In this document: positions 17,929 through 26,940 of the stretch, in pieces
Numbering within the stretch: position 1 is the first letter of the stretch
Layout: the number at the start of each line of letters is the position of its first letter
From: Clostridia bacterium
GTDB lineage: Bacteria > Bacillota > DSM-521 > Neomoorellales > SLTJ01
NCBI GenBank assembly: GCA_004347685.1
Contig: SLTJ01000013.1
Location: 1,655 to 65,654, forward strand
Length of the DNA stretch: 64,000 nt
Direction: 5' to 3'
Notes under the pieces: generated by a model
Database searches by the model: none
Told to the model about the DNA's origin: nothing
What the model saw: the letters and a program-made list of their open reading frames with translations, nothing else
Translations under genes and position numbers: made by a program

Positions 17929-20029
17929 CTCTGGCCGCTCTCCTTTCCATTTCCTTGACCACGGATTCCGGGTATTCAATCCGCGAGTGGAAAATGCCGC
18001 TCAGGGAACGTACAAAGGATTGGGCGATGGCGTCCAATTCCCGCAGGGTAATATTGCACTCATCGAGCTGCCCATCTTCCAGCTTTTCCCTGATCAACCG
18101 GCGCACAAACCCCTCCATCCGTCCCGGAGTGGGGTTCTGCATGGAACGCACGCCGGCTTCCACCCCGTCGGCCAGCATTACCAGGGCCGCTTCCTTGGTC
18201 TGGGGCTTGCGGCAGTCATACCGGAAATCCTTCTCACTGAGGCAGGCATTTTGCTCGCTTTCACTGGCCTTTTGGTAAAAGTATAACAGCAGGGAACTCC
18301 CGTGATGCTGGGCCACTATGTCCAGCAAGACCGGCGGCAGCCCGGCCTCCCTCCCTATCTCCAGACCATCCTTAACGTGCGAGGTAATGATCAAGGTGCT
18401 CAAGGTAGGCGCCAGCTTGTCATGGGGATTTTCCCTGGCCAACTGGTTTTCAATAAAGAAGTATGGCCGTTTTATCTTGCCGATATCATGGTAATAAGCC
18501 CCTACGCGGGCCAACAGGGTATCTGCTCCCAGGGCCTCGGCCGCCGCCTCAGCCAGATTAGCCACCAGCAGGCTGTGGTGGTAGGTACCGGGGGCTTCTA
18601 CCAACATACGCTTCAGCAGGGGTTGGCTGGGATTGGCCAGTTCCAGCAACTTGAGGGGGGTGGTGATGCCAAAGACGGTTTCCCAAAAGGGCAGGGTGCC
18701 AATGGTCAACACCGTGGAGAAAACGCCGTTGCCGATCCCCATCAAGACACCGACGGCTACCGTCATAGCCGCCTGATGTTGCAGCAGCCCCAAGGCCACA
18801 ATAGTCACCACGTTTACGGCCATGAGGTAGAGGCTGGCCTGCACCAGATTCAGGCGCTCGTGTAGGTGGGAAATACTGTAAATGCCGGCCAGACCCCCCA
18901 CCAAGGCCACCACGGCGTAGGCCAGTTGCCCGTCCATCATTGTCCCCACCAGCAGCGCCATGACCGCCGTCACAAAGACGCTGAGGCGCACGTCCAAGAG
19001 AATGGCAATGAGCATGGACCCGGCGGCCACCGGTGCCATGTATCCTACCAGGCCGGCCATTTCCGGCTGCTGGCTCACCTGCATGGCGATCACCAGGCGC
19101 GACAGGGCCACGGTCATCAACAACAGCAAGCCCAGGAGAACCTGTTCCGGCTCATTTTCCAGGATATGGCGATGAAACTGCCACAGGTAAAAACCAAGCA
19201 CCACAAACAAAACAGCCACCAGCAGGGCCAGGCCCACCAGGCGGATCAGGGGGGAAGCCTGACCGAGAAGCCCCAGGTTACGAAGGACCTCCAGGTGTTC
19301 CGGTTTCACTATCTCGCCCTCGCCCACGATCTTCTCATTCTTGCGCACGGTAACCTGAACCGGCGTTACTTCAGCCCGGGCCTGCTCCCGCAGCCGGGCG
19401 GTGGACTGGGCATCATAGACAAAGTTCGATTCTAGTTCTAGTTCACGGAAAATGGCGGTGAGAAACGGTCGGTACGAACTGGGAACCTGGGAGGTCCCCA
19501 CCTGCTCCAGCATTCGCTGCCTGGCCGCCTCCAGGGCATCTTCCTGCACCCCGCGCCCCATAACCTCGGTGAGGATATCCTGAGCTGTTTGCTCCAGGGA
19601 AGCCAGGCTCGGGGCGTCGGCAGCCTGCAGGGCCTTTACGGTGTCGGCCGGGAGTTTCAGGCCCAAGGCCGCAGCCACGTCCTTGTCGGTAGCTCTGGCC
19701 TGTTCCAGGACCCGAAAGTAGTTTTTCACCCGGTTGGCCAGTTTCCGGGTAACCTCGTCGCTCACCATATAGACTGGTTTCACCGCGGCCACGGCCTCAA
19801 CGCGGGCCTTTTCGGTCAGGACTTCGCTGGCGTAAACCAGGGTGCGTGGGGCCTTGAAATCCCGGGGACTGGGCTGCCCTTCCTCCAGCCGGGCTGAATC
19901 GCCCAGATACCCCAGGCCCATGATGATGACCACGGCCGCAAAAAATGCCACCGCCCATGAAAAACGGCGCACCCTGAGGTTAGCCCCCGACTTCCGGATT
20001 ACGCCCCAAAAAGACCGCCATAGCGGCAC
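17897..20029 (-). CDS. pgpH: 7TM-HD phosphodiesterase PgpH (YqfF)
   Basis: 710 aa: extracellular domain, 7 TM segments, and an HD domain (HSLLVANLAE ... YHDIGK ... QHHG). Confidence 0.92.
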   Translation of the reverse strand: MPLWRSFWGVIRKSGANLRVRRFSWAVAFFAAVVIIMGLGYLGDSARLEEGQPSPRDFKAPRTLVYASEVLTEKARVEAVAAVKPVYMVSDEVTRKLANRVKNYFRVLEQARATDKDVAAALGLKLPADTVKALQAADAPSLASLEQTAQDILTEVMGRGVQEDALEAARQRMLEQVGTSQVPSSYRPFLTAIFRELELESNFVYDAQSTARLREQARAEVTPVQVTVRKNEKIVGEGEIVKPEHLEVLRNLGLLGQASPLIRLVGLALLVAVLFVVLGFYLWQFHRHILENEPEQVLLGLLLLMTVALSRLVIAMQVSQQPEMAGLVGYMAPVAAGSMLIAILLDVRLSVFVTAVMALLVGTMMDGQLAYAVVALVGGLAGIYSISHLHERLNLVQASLYLMAVNVVTIVALGLLQHQAAMTVAVGVLMGIGNGVFSTVLTIGTLPFWETVFGITTPLKLLELANPSQPLLKRMLVEAPGTYHHSLLVANLAEAAAEALGADTLLARVGAYYHDIGKIKRPYFFIENQLARENPHDKLAPTLSTLIITSHVKDGLEIGREAGLPPVLLDIVAQHHGSSLLLYFYQKASESEQNACLSEKDFRYDCRKPQTKEAALVMLADGVEAGVRSMQNPTPGRMEGFVRRLIREKLEDGQLDECNITLRELDAIAQSFVRSLSGIFHSRIEYPESVVKEMERRAARGATVRKQSAG

Positions 20030-20062
20030 TTCCTTGCCCCCTCGATCAGCCCTTACTTCAAT

Positions 20063-21022
20063 TCATGCCATCCGGTCGTAAGCCTGGATTATTTTCTGCA
20101 CCAGCGGATGCCGGACCACGTCGGCTTCGCTGAAAAAGTGGAAAGCCATGCCTTCTATCCCTGACAACAGTTCGATGCTCTGGATCAGGCCCGAGACCGA
20201 ACCCTTGGGCAGATCAATCTGGGTGATATCCCCGGTAATTACCGCCTGGGAGCCCAGCCCGGTGCGGGTCAAGAACATTTTCATTTGCTCCGGCGTGGTA
20301 TTCTGGGCCTCGTCGAGGATGATAAAGGCCTGATCCAGGGTCCGTCCCCGCATATAGGCCAGCGGCGCCACTTCTATTACCGACCTCTCCAGATACTTTT
20401 GCGCCGCTTCCACCCCGATAATATCGTAAAGGCTGTCGTAAAGCGGCCGCAGGTAAGGATTGACCTTCTCCAGCAAGTCACCCGGCAGGAATCCCAGCTT
20501 CTCTCCAGCCTCCACTGCCGGGCGGGCTAGGACGATGCGCTCCACGCGCTTGCTGCGCAAAGCCAGCACGGCCATCAAAACGGCCAGATAAGTCTTGCCG
20601 GTACCGGCCGGGCCAATGCCAAAGACAATATCGTGGCCGCGGATGGCCTCCACGTACTGGTATTGGCCGATGGTCCGTGGGCGTATCTGCTTACCCCGGG
20701 GGGTAACGTAAAGGACCTCCTTCCACGCCATGGCCAGCTCCTGGTCCTTCCCATTTTCCCTGGCCTGCTGCCAGGCATAGTTTACCATACTGACAGTCAC
20801 CGGAGCCCCGGTACGGGCCACCTCCTGCAACTGGTGCAGAGTCCTGGCCACCGCTTCAACCTCGTCCCTCTCCCCTGAAATAGCTACCTCGTTGCCCCGG
20901 GCTACGATCTTGGCCGGGCACCTGGCCACCAAAAAACGCAGGTTTTCATCATGCTGGCCGAAAACGCTGGCTGCCTCACCGTTACTGCCCAGCACCAATC
21001 TGACCTCGCAGGCTCCTGCCAA
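20063..21022 (-). CDS. phoH: PhoH-like ATPase
   Basis: 319 aa with Walker A GPAGTGKTYLAV and ILDEAQN. Confidence 0.95.
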   Translation of the reverse strand: MAGACEVRLVLGSNGEAASVFGQHDENLRFLVARCPAKIVARGNEVAISGERDEVEAVARTLHQLQEVARTGAPVTVSMVNYAWQQARENGKDQELAMAWKEVLYVTPRGKQIRPRTIGQYQYVEAIRGHDIVFGIGPAGTGKTYLAVLMAVLALRSKRVERIVLARPAVEAGEKLGFLPGDLLEKVNPYLRPLYDSLYDIIGVEAAQKYLERSVIEVAPLAYMRGRTLDQAFIILDEAQNTTPEQMKMFLTRTGLGSQAVITGDITQIDLPKGSVSGLIQSIELLSGIEGMAFHFFSEADVVRHPLVQKIIQAYDRMA

Positions 21023-21092
21023 ACTTTAATCTCGCCCCCAGTTTCTTTTGTTACCCGGCTCTAATTATACCTGTTTTCAGGCCCGCGTTCAA

Positions 21093-22376
21093 TTACTTTA
21101 GCGGAAAAACAGTGGCAATGTTTTGCCGTACCTGCCAGGTCACCCTCACCCGTACCTGGCCGGGCGTGGCCGGCAACACCTGCACCTGTTCCTCCAAGAT
21201 CTCGGCCGGCGCCGGGATCTGTACCCGGAGATAGGCGGTAACCCTGGCCCGGGCCGCATCGAGGGCCTGCTCCAAACTACGCCCGTGCCTCCGCACCTCT
21301 ACCTCCCGATAGGTACCGGCTTCTACTGCTAGAGGCAGGGAGAACCCGCGCCAGACCGGCCAGGCCCACCACCACCGTTCCTCCTGAAAGCTAGCATAGG
21401 GGATTCCCCGGAGCGGCTTGACGTTTATCTCTCGCCCGGCTACTATTACCTTTATTTCCCGCACCTGGTTACCGGTGGGCACTCTCTCCTCCTCTACCAG
21501 CGGGGCCTGTCCCACCGCCTCATACCAGACCCGCCCCCAGACGCGGCCCCGGGCGCTTACCAGGCGAGGCCGGGAAAAACCCTGACCCGGCTGGGCCTGA
21601 TCTCCCTCTTCCGGAAGCATGATACCCGCAATCAATATCTGCCCCCGCCGCACGGTATCGCCTGGCTTGACCCTGGCCTGCCCGGCGATGACCGTCACTT
21701 CCTCCACCACTGCGTCCCGCTCAGCCACCAGGTGGGCCGGACCGGTACTGGTGGCCGTGTCGGGGAAGCGTCGCTCCACCACCTCAATGATGACCCGGGT
21801 ACCGGCCAGCCTGATGCCGGCCCAGGCCAGTTCCTGCCGGTCCAGCATCAGTTTTTCCGCCAGCCGGTTGGCATCCAGGTTGGCCCGCAATACCGGCGGC
21901 CGCAAAGAGTTTTCCTCCGCCCAAGCCAAAATGTCACCGGGACCAAGGCGCTGCCAGCCCTCGGGGGCTGCCACTTCCACGGACCAGACGAAGCAGGACC
22001 AGACATATACTGCCGCCACCACAGAAACGACCCCCCAAAGCAGCCCCGGCCGCCGCCGCAGCGCCCGCCACCAGAAAGGCAGCCCCACCCGCCGCCGGAT
22101 GCGGACGCGGGCCCGGGCTTGCCTGGCTGCCGGCCGCAGGCGGCGAAAATCGCCGGCGCGGATTCTTATCTCCAGCCATTCCTCCCCCATCCAGCGCGCA
22201 TCCCAAAAATAAAGGCCCTGTGCCAGGGCCAGATTGAGAAATCGCTCGGGAGCAGCACACCGGACCCTCACCACCAGGTACCCGGTAAGCCAGAGTAACC
22301 AGCCAGGCACCCGACACCCCTCCCTTATACCAGCAGAACCCTGATCCCTCTCAAGCTGGTATCTTCCTTTTTTCAA
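21093..22376 (-). CDS. yqfD: sporulation protein YqfD
   Basis: 427 aa. N-terminal GYLVVRVRCAAPERFLNLA with a central TM segment. Follows yqfC. Exact start is uncertain. Confidence 0.8.
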   Translation of the reverse strand: MKKGRYQLERDQGSAGIREGCRVPGWLLWLTGYLVVRVRCAAPERFLNLALAQGLYFWDARWMGEEWLEIRIRAGDFRRLRPAARQARARVRIRRRVGLPFWWRALRRRPGLLWGVVSVVAAVYVWSCFVWSVEVAAPEGWQRLGPGDILAWAEENSLRPPVLRANLDANRLAEKLMLDRQELAWAGIRLAGTRVIIEVVERRFPDTATSTGPAHLVAERDAVVEEVTVIAGQARVKPGDTVRRGQILIAGIMLPEEGDQAQPGQGFSRPRLVSARGRVWGRVWYEAVGQAPLVEEERVPTGNQVREIKVIVAGREINVKPLRGIPYASFQEERWWWAWPVWRGFSLPLAVEAGTYREVEVRRHGRSLEQALDAARARVTAYLRVQIPAPAEILEEQVQVLPATPGQVRVRVTWQVRQNIATVFPLK

Positions 22377-22423
22377 GGGCCACCCCGTTCACGGTAGGCC
22401 CAGACTCTGCCGGACCGCCGCCC

Positions 22424-22729
22424 TCAAGTCAGGCGCAGGTTTATCCTGGCGATCCGGCCCCTGACGACCACTTCTTCGCTAAGGATGGCCTCAAGCTGGA
22501 GTTCTTCCCCGGTAATCTCAACTTCGCCCCCGGTGGCGCCCACTCGTACCTGCCTGGGCGTATAGGCGACAATACCCCGGTGGTTTTGCACCACCACCCG
22601 CCGGTTACCTATCACCGTCAGCCGGGGCAGGTCAAAGACCACGTCAGCCGGAAGATCAAGGAGTTCGACCAGGGAACTTTCTACCCGCCGCAGCTTGCTG
22701 CCGCCACTGGACTTCTCGCCCTGAGCCAA
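22424..22729 (-). CDS. yqfC: sporulation protein YqfC
   Basis: 101 aa: LDLPADVVFDLPRLTVIGNRRVVVQNHRGIVAY. TTG start after GGAGGGTGG. Confidence 0.85.
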   Translation of the reverse strand: MAQGEKSSGGSKLRRVESSLVELLDLPADVVFDLPRLTVIGNRRVVVQNHRGIVAYTPRQVRVGATGGEVEITGEELQLEAILSEEVVVRGRIARINLRLT

Positions 22730-22773
22730 AGGTTACACCACCCTCCGCCGGAAACCGTTGGCGGGACTACTTA

Positions 22774-22800
22774 TATCCTATGCCGGGGGATAACAGGTAA
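22774..22800 (-). promoter_or_regulatory. candidate mother-cell sporulation promoter (sigma-K/E like) for yqfCD
   Basis: On the minus strand, CATAGGATA fits the -10 pattern CATAnnnTA, with AC about 14 nt upstream. Pattern match only. Confidence 0.3.
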
Positions 22801-22959
22801 TGCCTGGAAAGGACGGCAGCCCGCCGTTACCGCCTGCAGCCGCACCCCCTGCCAGGAGGCCTGGAAATATGCGGATTATGCTCTTAGACACGATTTCCAC
22901 CAGCGCGCCAGGTCCAGTATGCATGTGACTTTTCGAGCCCAAGGCGGGCTACAGCTTTG

Positions 22960-22994
22960 TTTTGGGTTTTGGGTTTTGGGTTTTGGGTTTTGGG
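22960..22994 (+). repeat. (TTTTGGG)5 perfect tandem heptamer
   Basis: Five exact TTTTGGG units on the plus strand, then aagggaaagaagg. Intergenic. Confidence 0.95.
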
Positions 22995-23077
22995 AAGGGA
23001 AAGAAGGCGGGTAAGCGGAGTGGCGCAAAAACAGCCACCCCGCTGCGGTCAAGTATCTATACAACCTCCGCTTTTTC

Positions 23078-23104
23078 ACCTGCCGGCTGGCCCGACAAAG
23101 CCAG
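23078..23104. repeat. 27-nt inverted-repeat arm B
   Basis: acctgccggctggcccgacaaagccag is the exact reverse complement of 26941-26967. Lies 23 nt after the stop of the DUF35 gene. Confidence 0.95.
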
Positions 23105-23126
23105 GTAAAGCTTTGCGGGACGTGTC

Positions 23127-23534
23127 CTAGGTTGCCGGACGGAAGGCCAGGTCCACCTGTTTGCCGCCCTCAGCCTCTACTTCCAAGAAGTCAACTTCCA
23201 CCTGGGTGCCGACTTTGATCTCTTCCGGCCGGGCAGCATCTACGCCCACCAGCCGGGCGCTGATACCGGGGCCCTCCTGCAGTCTTACTACCGCGGTGGC
23301 GTAGGGCTTGCCCCGGCCGAACCCCTGCTTTTCCATAAAGGTCGGGGCGACATGGACAGCCGTAAAGGCCGCTACTTCTCCGCGCCCGGACAACTCGTGC
23401 CATTCCATTTCCGAGCTCCGACACGAGGGGCAGTAGGGGCGGGGCGGCAGATAGACTTGACCGCACTTGCCGCACCTGGCCCCCATGAGTTTTTTCTCCT
23501 GCAGCCAGCCAACAAAAGCGTCCCTGGTAAACAA
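23127..23534 (-). CDS. DUF35 OB-fold / Zn-ribbon acyl-CoA-associated protein
   Basis: 135 aa with Zn ribbon CGKCGQVYLPPRPYCPSCRS followed by an OB fold. TTG start 4 nt after the thiolase stop, with a GGAGGT RBS. Confidence 0.85.
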   Translation of the reverse strand: MFTRDAFVGWLQEKKLMGARCGKCGQVYLPPRPYCPSCRSSEMEWHELSGRGEVAAFTAVHVAPTFMEKQGFGRGKPYATAVVRLQEGPGISARLVGVDAARPEEIKVGTQVEVDFLEVEAEGGKQVDLAFRPAT

Positions 23535-23538
23535 CTTC

Positions 23539-24792
23539 CTACCTCCTCTCGTAGATATGCACCGTGCAGGTTCCGCCGGTGGCCCCCACGTTGTGGGTCA
23601 GGCCCAGGTTGGCACCGGGTACCTGGCGGGCTCCGGCCTCACCGCGCAGTTGCAGGAAGACCTCCACCGCCTGGGCCACCCCCGAGGCCCCTACCGGGTG
23701 GCCCTTGGCCTTTAATCCGCCGGAAGTATTGATGGGCCTGTCACCACTCCTGGCCGTGCGCCCCTCGGCTGCGGCCCTGGCCCCTTCCCCAGGGGCAAAA
23801 AAGCCCAGGTCCTCCGTAGCCACCACCTCGGCTACGGTAAAGCAGTCATGTACCTCGGCAACTTTGATGTCCCGCGGGGTGACGCCGGCCATCTCGTAGG
23901 CCTGGCGGGCCGCCAGTCTGGCCGAGCCCAAGCTCGTCAGGTCTGAACGCGTGTGCAGGGGGTAATCGCTGGCCTGACCGCTGCCGATTATGTACACCGG
24001 CCGGTCGGTAAACCGGGTAGCCATTTCCTCACTCACCAACAGCAGGCAGGCGGCCCCGTCGGTGATGGGCGAACAATCAAAAAGGCGCATGGGCCAGGCC
24101 ACCACCGGGTTGGCGCTGTCGTCCCGCAGGAAGTCGAGTTCATCTTGCCAGTCCGGCACCGGTTTTCCCTGGGCCGCCAGTTTCGCCTTGCGGCCTTCCA
24201 GCAGGTCCCTGATGGTAGTCTGGAACTGGGCTTTAGGGTTCAGCTTACCGTTGTTATGGTTCTTTATCCCCACGCGCATGAAGTATTCCGGGGTAATGCC
24301 GTAGCGGGCCATGTAAGCGGTGGCGATGGCCGCGTATAATCCGGGAAAGGTAAAGCCGGCCGAGGCTTCATACAAGGTGTCGCTGGCCGCGGCCAGGGTG
24401 TCCGTCACCTTCTCGGTGGGCAGGTTGTTCATCTTCTCTACGCCCCCCACCAGCACCAGGTCGTAAGCCCCGGAAGCCACTGCCAGGATCCCCTGGCGCA
24501 GAGCCACGCCGCCGCTGGCACAGGCATCCTCCAGACGCGTGGCCGCGGCCGGGATTATTCCCGCCCATTCGGCCATGATAGGAGCGGTATGGCCCTGGCC
24601 CTCAAAGAGGTCGCTAGAGAAATTGCCCAAATAAAGGGCTTCAATCTCTCCCGGATCAAAGCCCTTATCCACCGAGTTCACCATATCCTGGAAACTTTCC
24701 ACAAAAAGATCACGGCTGGTTTTCTCCTTGAAGGCCCCAAACCGGGAAACACCCGCCCCCACAACGGCTACACCGCGTGCAAGTTTTCCCAT
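23539..24792 (-). CDS. SCP-x / non-specific-type thiolase
   Basis: VAVVGAGVSRFGAF ... active-site Cys region DACASGG ... HDCFT ... GGLKAKGHPVGASG. Start could be ATG 24792 or GTG 24834. Confidence 0.88.
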   Translation of the reverse strand: MGKLARGVAVVGAGVSRFGAFKEKTSRDLFVESFQDMVNSVDKGFDPGEIEALYLGNFSSDLFEGQGHTAPIMAEWAGIIPAAATRLEDACASGGVALRQGILAVASGAYDLVLVGGVEKMNNLPTEKVTDTLAAASDTLYEASAGFTFPGLYAAIATAYMARYGITPEYFMRVGIKNHNNGKLNPKAQFQTTIRDLLEGRKAKLAAQGKPVPDWQDELDFLRDDSANPVVAWPMRLFDCSPITDGAACLLLVSEEMATRFTDRPVYIIGSGQASDYPLHTRSDLTSLGSARLAARQAYEMAGVTPRDIKVAEVHDCFTVAEVVATEDLGFFAPGEGARAAAEGRTARSGDRPINTSGGLKAKGHPVGASGVAQAVEVFLQLRGEAGARQVPGANLGLTHNVGATGGTCTVHIYERR

Positions 24793-24962
24793 TCCTTTGC
24801 GGTCAATTCCTGGCCCCTGAAGTTTGGCGATCACGCCGGATGCAGCCGATAGTCACGGCCATGTCAGCCGCGTTCCGGGAGCCAGAAATAGCCCTCCCCC
24901 CTTTTATTGGCAAATTAACTGCCGGCAACGTGGCAGCCATAGGCTAATTCGCTATTTGGGAT

Positions 24963-25055
24963 CCGAATTCCTGCCATGAAATGAGAGGTGAGAGGTGGGA
25001 AGTGGGAGGTGGGACACTTGCAGGAACCGGCTGCGCCGGTTCCAAACTTGAAATC
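24963..25055. repeat. dispersed hairpin + heptad-array element, copy 2
   Basis: Heptads at 24983-25014 (gagaggt gagaggt gggaagt gggaggt ggga). Hairpin ggaaccggc-tgc-gccggttcc at 25023-25043. Flanks match copy 1. Confidence 0.75.
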
Positions 25056-25067
25056 TGGCCCTCCCGC

Positions 25068-25661
25068 TTAGCCTGTTCTCACACCTTCTGACGATGACGC
25101 CGGAGGCGGCGTGGGTGTGTACCCCGGGAATACGGGCCGGGGATAAACGTACCGCGCCGCATCGGCCCCAAAGGTGCGGCGACCCGGTCCCCGCCTGGCC
25201 AGGGGCGGGGCCAGGATCTCGGCCAGGACCACCGCCTGGCGCAGTTCCCGCCGCGACAGCGGCCCAAAGGCAGCACGACCAGGGGGGAGGAATAATGGGC
25301 CGGGCAAAGCTTCCCCCGGAGCTTGCCGCCCCTGCCCGGCCCCAGGGTACGTCTCCGGTTCTTCCCCGGGCGCGGCCGCTATAACAGCCTGGATGGATTC
25401 GGGCTCTGGGGAGATAGGTCCGGCCACCGGTTCCGGTTCAAAGCGGCCGGGATCTGGCTGCGGTTCCGGCATTTGCGGCCACGGCGGGGGAAGCGGTTCA
25501 TCCCACCACCAGGGCCGCGCATCTTCGGGGGACTCCGGATGCGGCGCGGGCCGCCTCTCCGGCCCCTGGCGCTGCCGTCTCCCGGCCTGCTTGCGTTGCT
25601 GCTGGGCCACAGCCCGGGCAAACATGAACAAGATAAACAAGATAAAGATCAGGAGTTCCAT
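25068..25661 (-). CDS. membrane-anchored proline-rich protein of unknown function
   Basis: 197 aa. Strong RBS (GGAGGT 6 nt upstream). N-terminal TM segment MELLIFILFILFMF, then Pro/Glu-rich repeats, and a C-terminal RRELRQAVVLAEILAPPLARR motif. Confidence 0.65.
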   Translation of the reverse strand: MELLIFILFILFMFARAVAQQQRKQAGRRQRQGPERRPAPHPESPEDARPWWWDEPLPPPWPQMPEPQPDPGRFEPEPVAGPISPEPESIQAVIAAAPGEEPETYPGAGQGRQAPGEALPGPLFLPPGRAAFGPLSRRELRQAVVLAEILAPPLARRGPGRRTFGADAARYVYPRPVFPGYTPTPPPASSSEGVRTG

Positions 25662-25834
25662 AGCTTACCTCCACATGGCCGGTCCGCCGGACCCTGCCAC
25701 CCGGGAGCAGGTTGCAATACCCCGGGGCAAGGCGCCAGCCCGGCCGTCGGACAGAAGGCTTGCTGCACCACGCTCCTGGGAGCGGGTTGCAGAATTCCTA
25801 AGGGCTGGACCAAAACATCATGGCGCCAACGCGA

Positions 25835-26869
25835 CTAGGGGCGGGGATTGTCACCCTCCGGTCGAGTAAAGCCAGGCCCGCCGCCGGAAGCCGTCTGCGG
25901 TTCCTGGTCGCCGTGGGCAATGGCCTCCCGCATCTCGGTGTCGGCCAGGAGGTTCTTCATATTGTAGTAATCCATAACCCCTAGTTTACCTTCACGCAAG
26001 GCCTGAGCCATGGCCAGCGGCACCTGGGCCTCGGCCTCCACCACCTTGGCCCGCATCTCCTGCACCGCGGCCCGCATTTCCTGCTCCCTAGCCACGGCCA
26101 TGGCTCGCCGCTCCTCGGCCTTGGCCTGGGCAATCCTCTTGTCCGCCTCGGCCTGGTCGGTCTGCAACTGGGCGCCGATGTTGCGGCCCACATCCACGTC
26201 GGCAATATCAATGGACAGGATCTCAAAGGCCGTACCGGAATCCAGCCCCTTCTCCAACACGGTACGGGAAATAGAATCCGGGTTTTCCAGCACTTCCTTG
26301 TGAGTTTCCGCCGATCCCACCGTAGTGACAATCCCTTCGCCCACCCGGGCAATGACCGTCTCCTCACCGGCGCCACCCACCAGGCGGTCAATGTTGGCCC
26401 GCACCGTTACCCGAGCCTTTGCCTTGACTTCGATCCCGTTCTTAGCCACCGCCGCCACCACCGGGGTCTCAATAACCTTTGGGTTGACGCTCATTTGTAC
26501 GGCTTCCAATACATTGCGGCCAGCCAGGTCAATGGCCGCCGCCCGCTCGAAGGGCAGGGGGATGTTGGCCCTTTCGGCGGCAATGAGGGCGTCCACCACC
26601 CGGTCTACATTGCCCCCAGCCAGGTAGTGGGCTTCAAGCTGGTTCACGGTCAGGGACAACCCGGCCTTGTCGGCCTTGATCAGGGGATTGACTATCTTTT
26701 GGGGTGGCACCCGCCGCAGACGCATGCCTATCAGGGTGACAATGCTTACCCTTACCCCGGCGGCCAGGGCGGAAATCCACAGACCCAGGGGAATAAAGGT
26801 GAGGATAAAAATAACGAGTATCAGGATAACGACAAACAGCAACAGGGCAGATAAAGTCGCTGGACTCAT
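25835..26869 (-). CDS. floA: flotillin-like protein FloA (YqfA / UPF0365)
   Basis: Near-collinear with B. subtilis FloA: [25 protein letters not shown] ... [40 protein letters not shown]. Start ATG 26869 (MSPATL). Confidence 0.95.
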   Translation of the reverse strand: MSPATLSALLLFVVILILVIFILTFIPLGLWISALAAGVRVSIVTLIGMRLRRVPPQKIVNPLIKADKAGLSLTVNQLEAHYLAGGNVDRVVDALIAAERANIPLPFERAAAIDLAGRNVLEAVQMSVNPKVIETPVVAAVAKNGIEVKAKARVTVRANIDRLVGGAGEETVIARVGEGIVTTVGSAETHKEVLENPDSISRTVLEKGLDSGTAFEILSIDIADVDVGRNIGAQLQTDQAEADKRIAQAKAEERRAMAVAREQEMRAAVQEMRAKVVEAEAQVPLAMAQALREGKLGVMDYYNMKNLLADTEMREAIAHGDQEPQTASGGGPGFTRPEGDNPRP

Positions 26870-26940
26870 TGAAACCGCTGCCGGAGTGTTTCTCCGGCAG
26901 CCGCTCACCCCTTTCTAAGAGGATACCCGCAAGACTTCTT

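Noticed and set aside
22778-22924. 48-aa minus-strand ORF in the yqfC upstream gap (MHTGPGALVEIV...)
   Set aside because: No RBS, Gly/Ala-rich, and it overlaps the candidate promoter. Judged a chance ORF.
22960-22994. (TTTTGGG)5 as a telomere or linear-replicon end
   Set aside because: It is internal to a continuous, syntenic chromosomal region with genes on both sides. The resemblance to ciliate or plant telomeric repeats is taken as coincidental.
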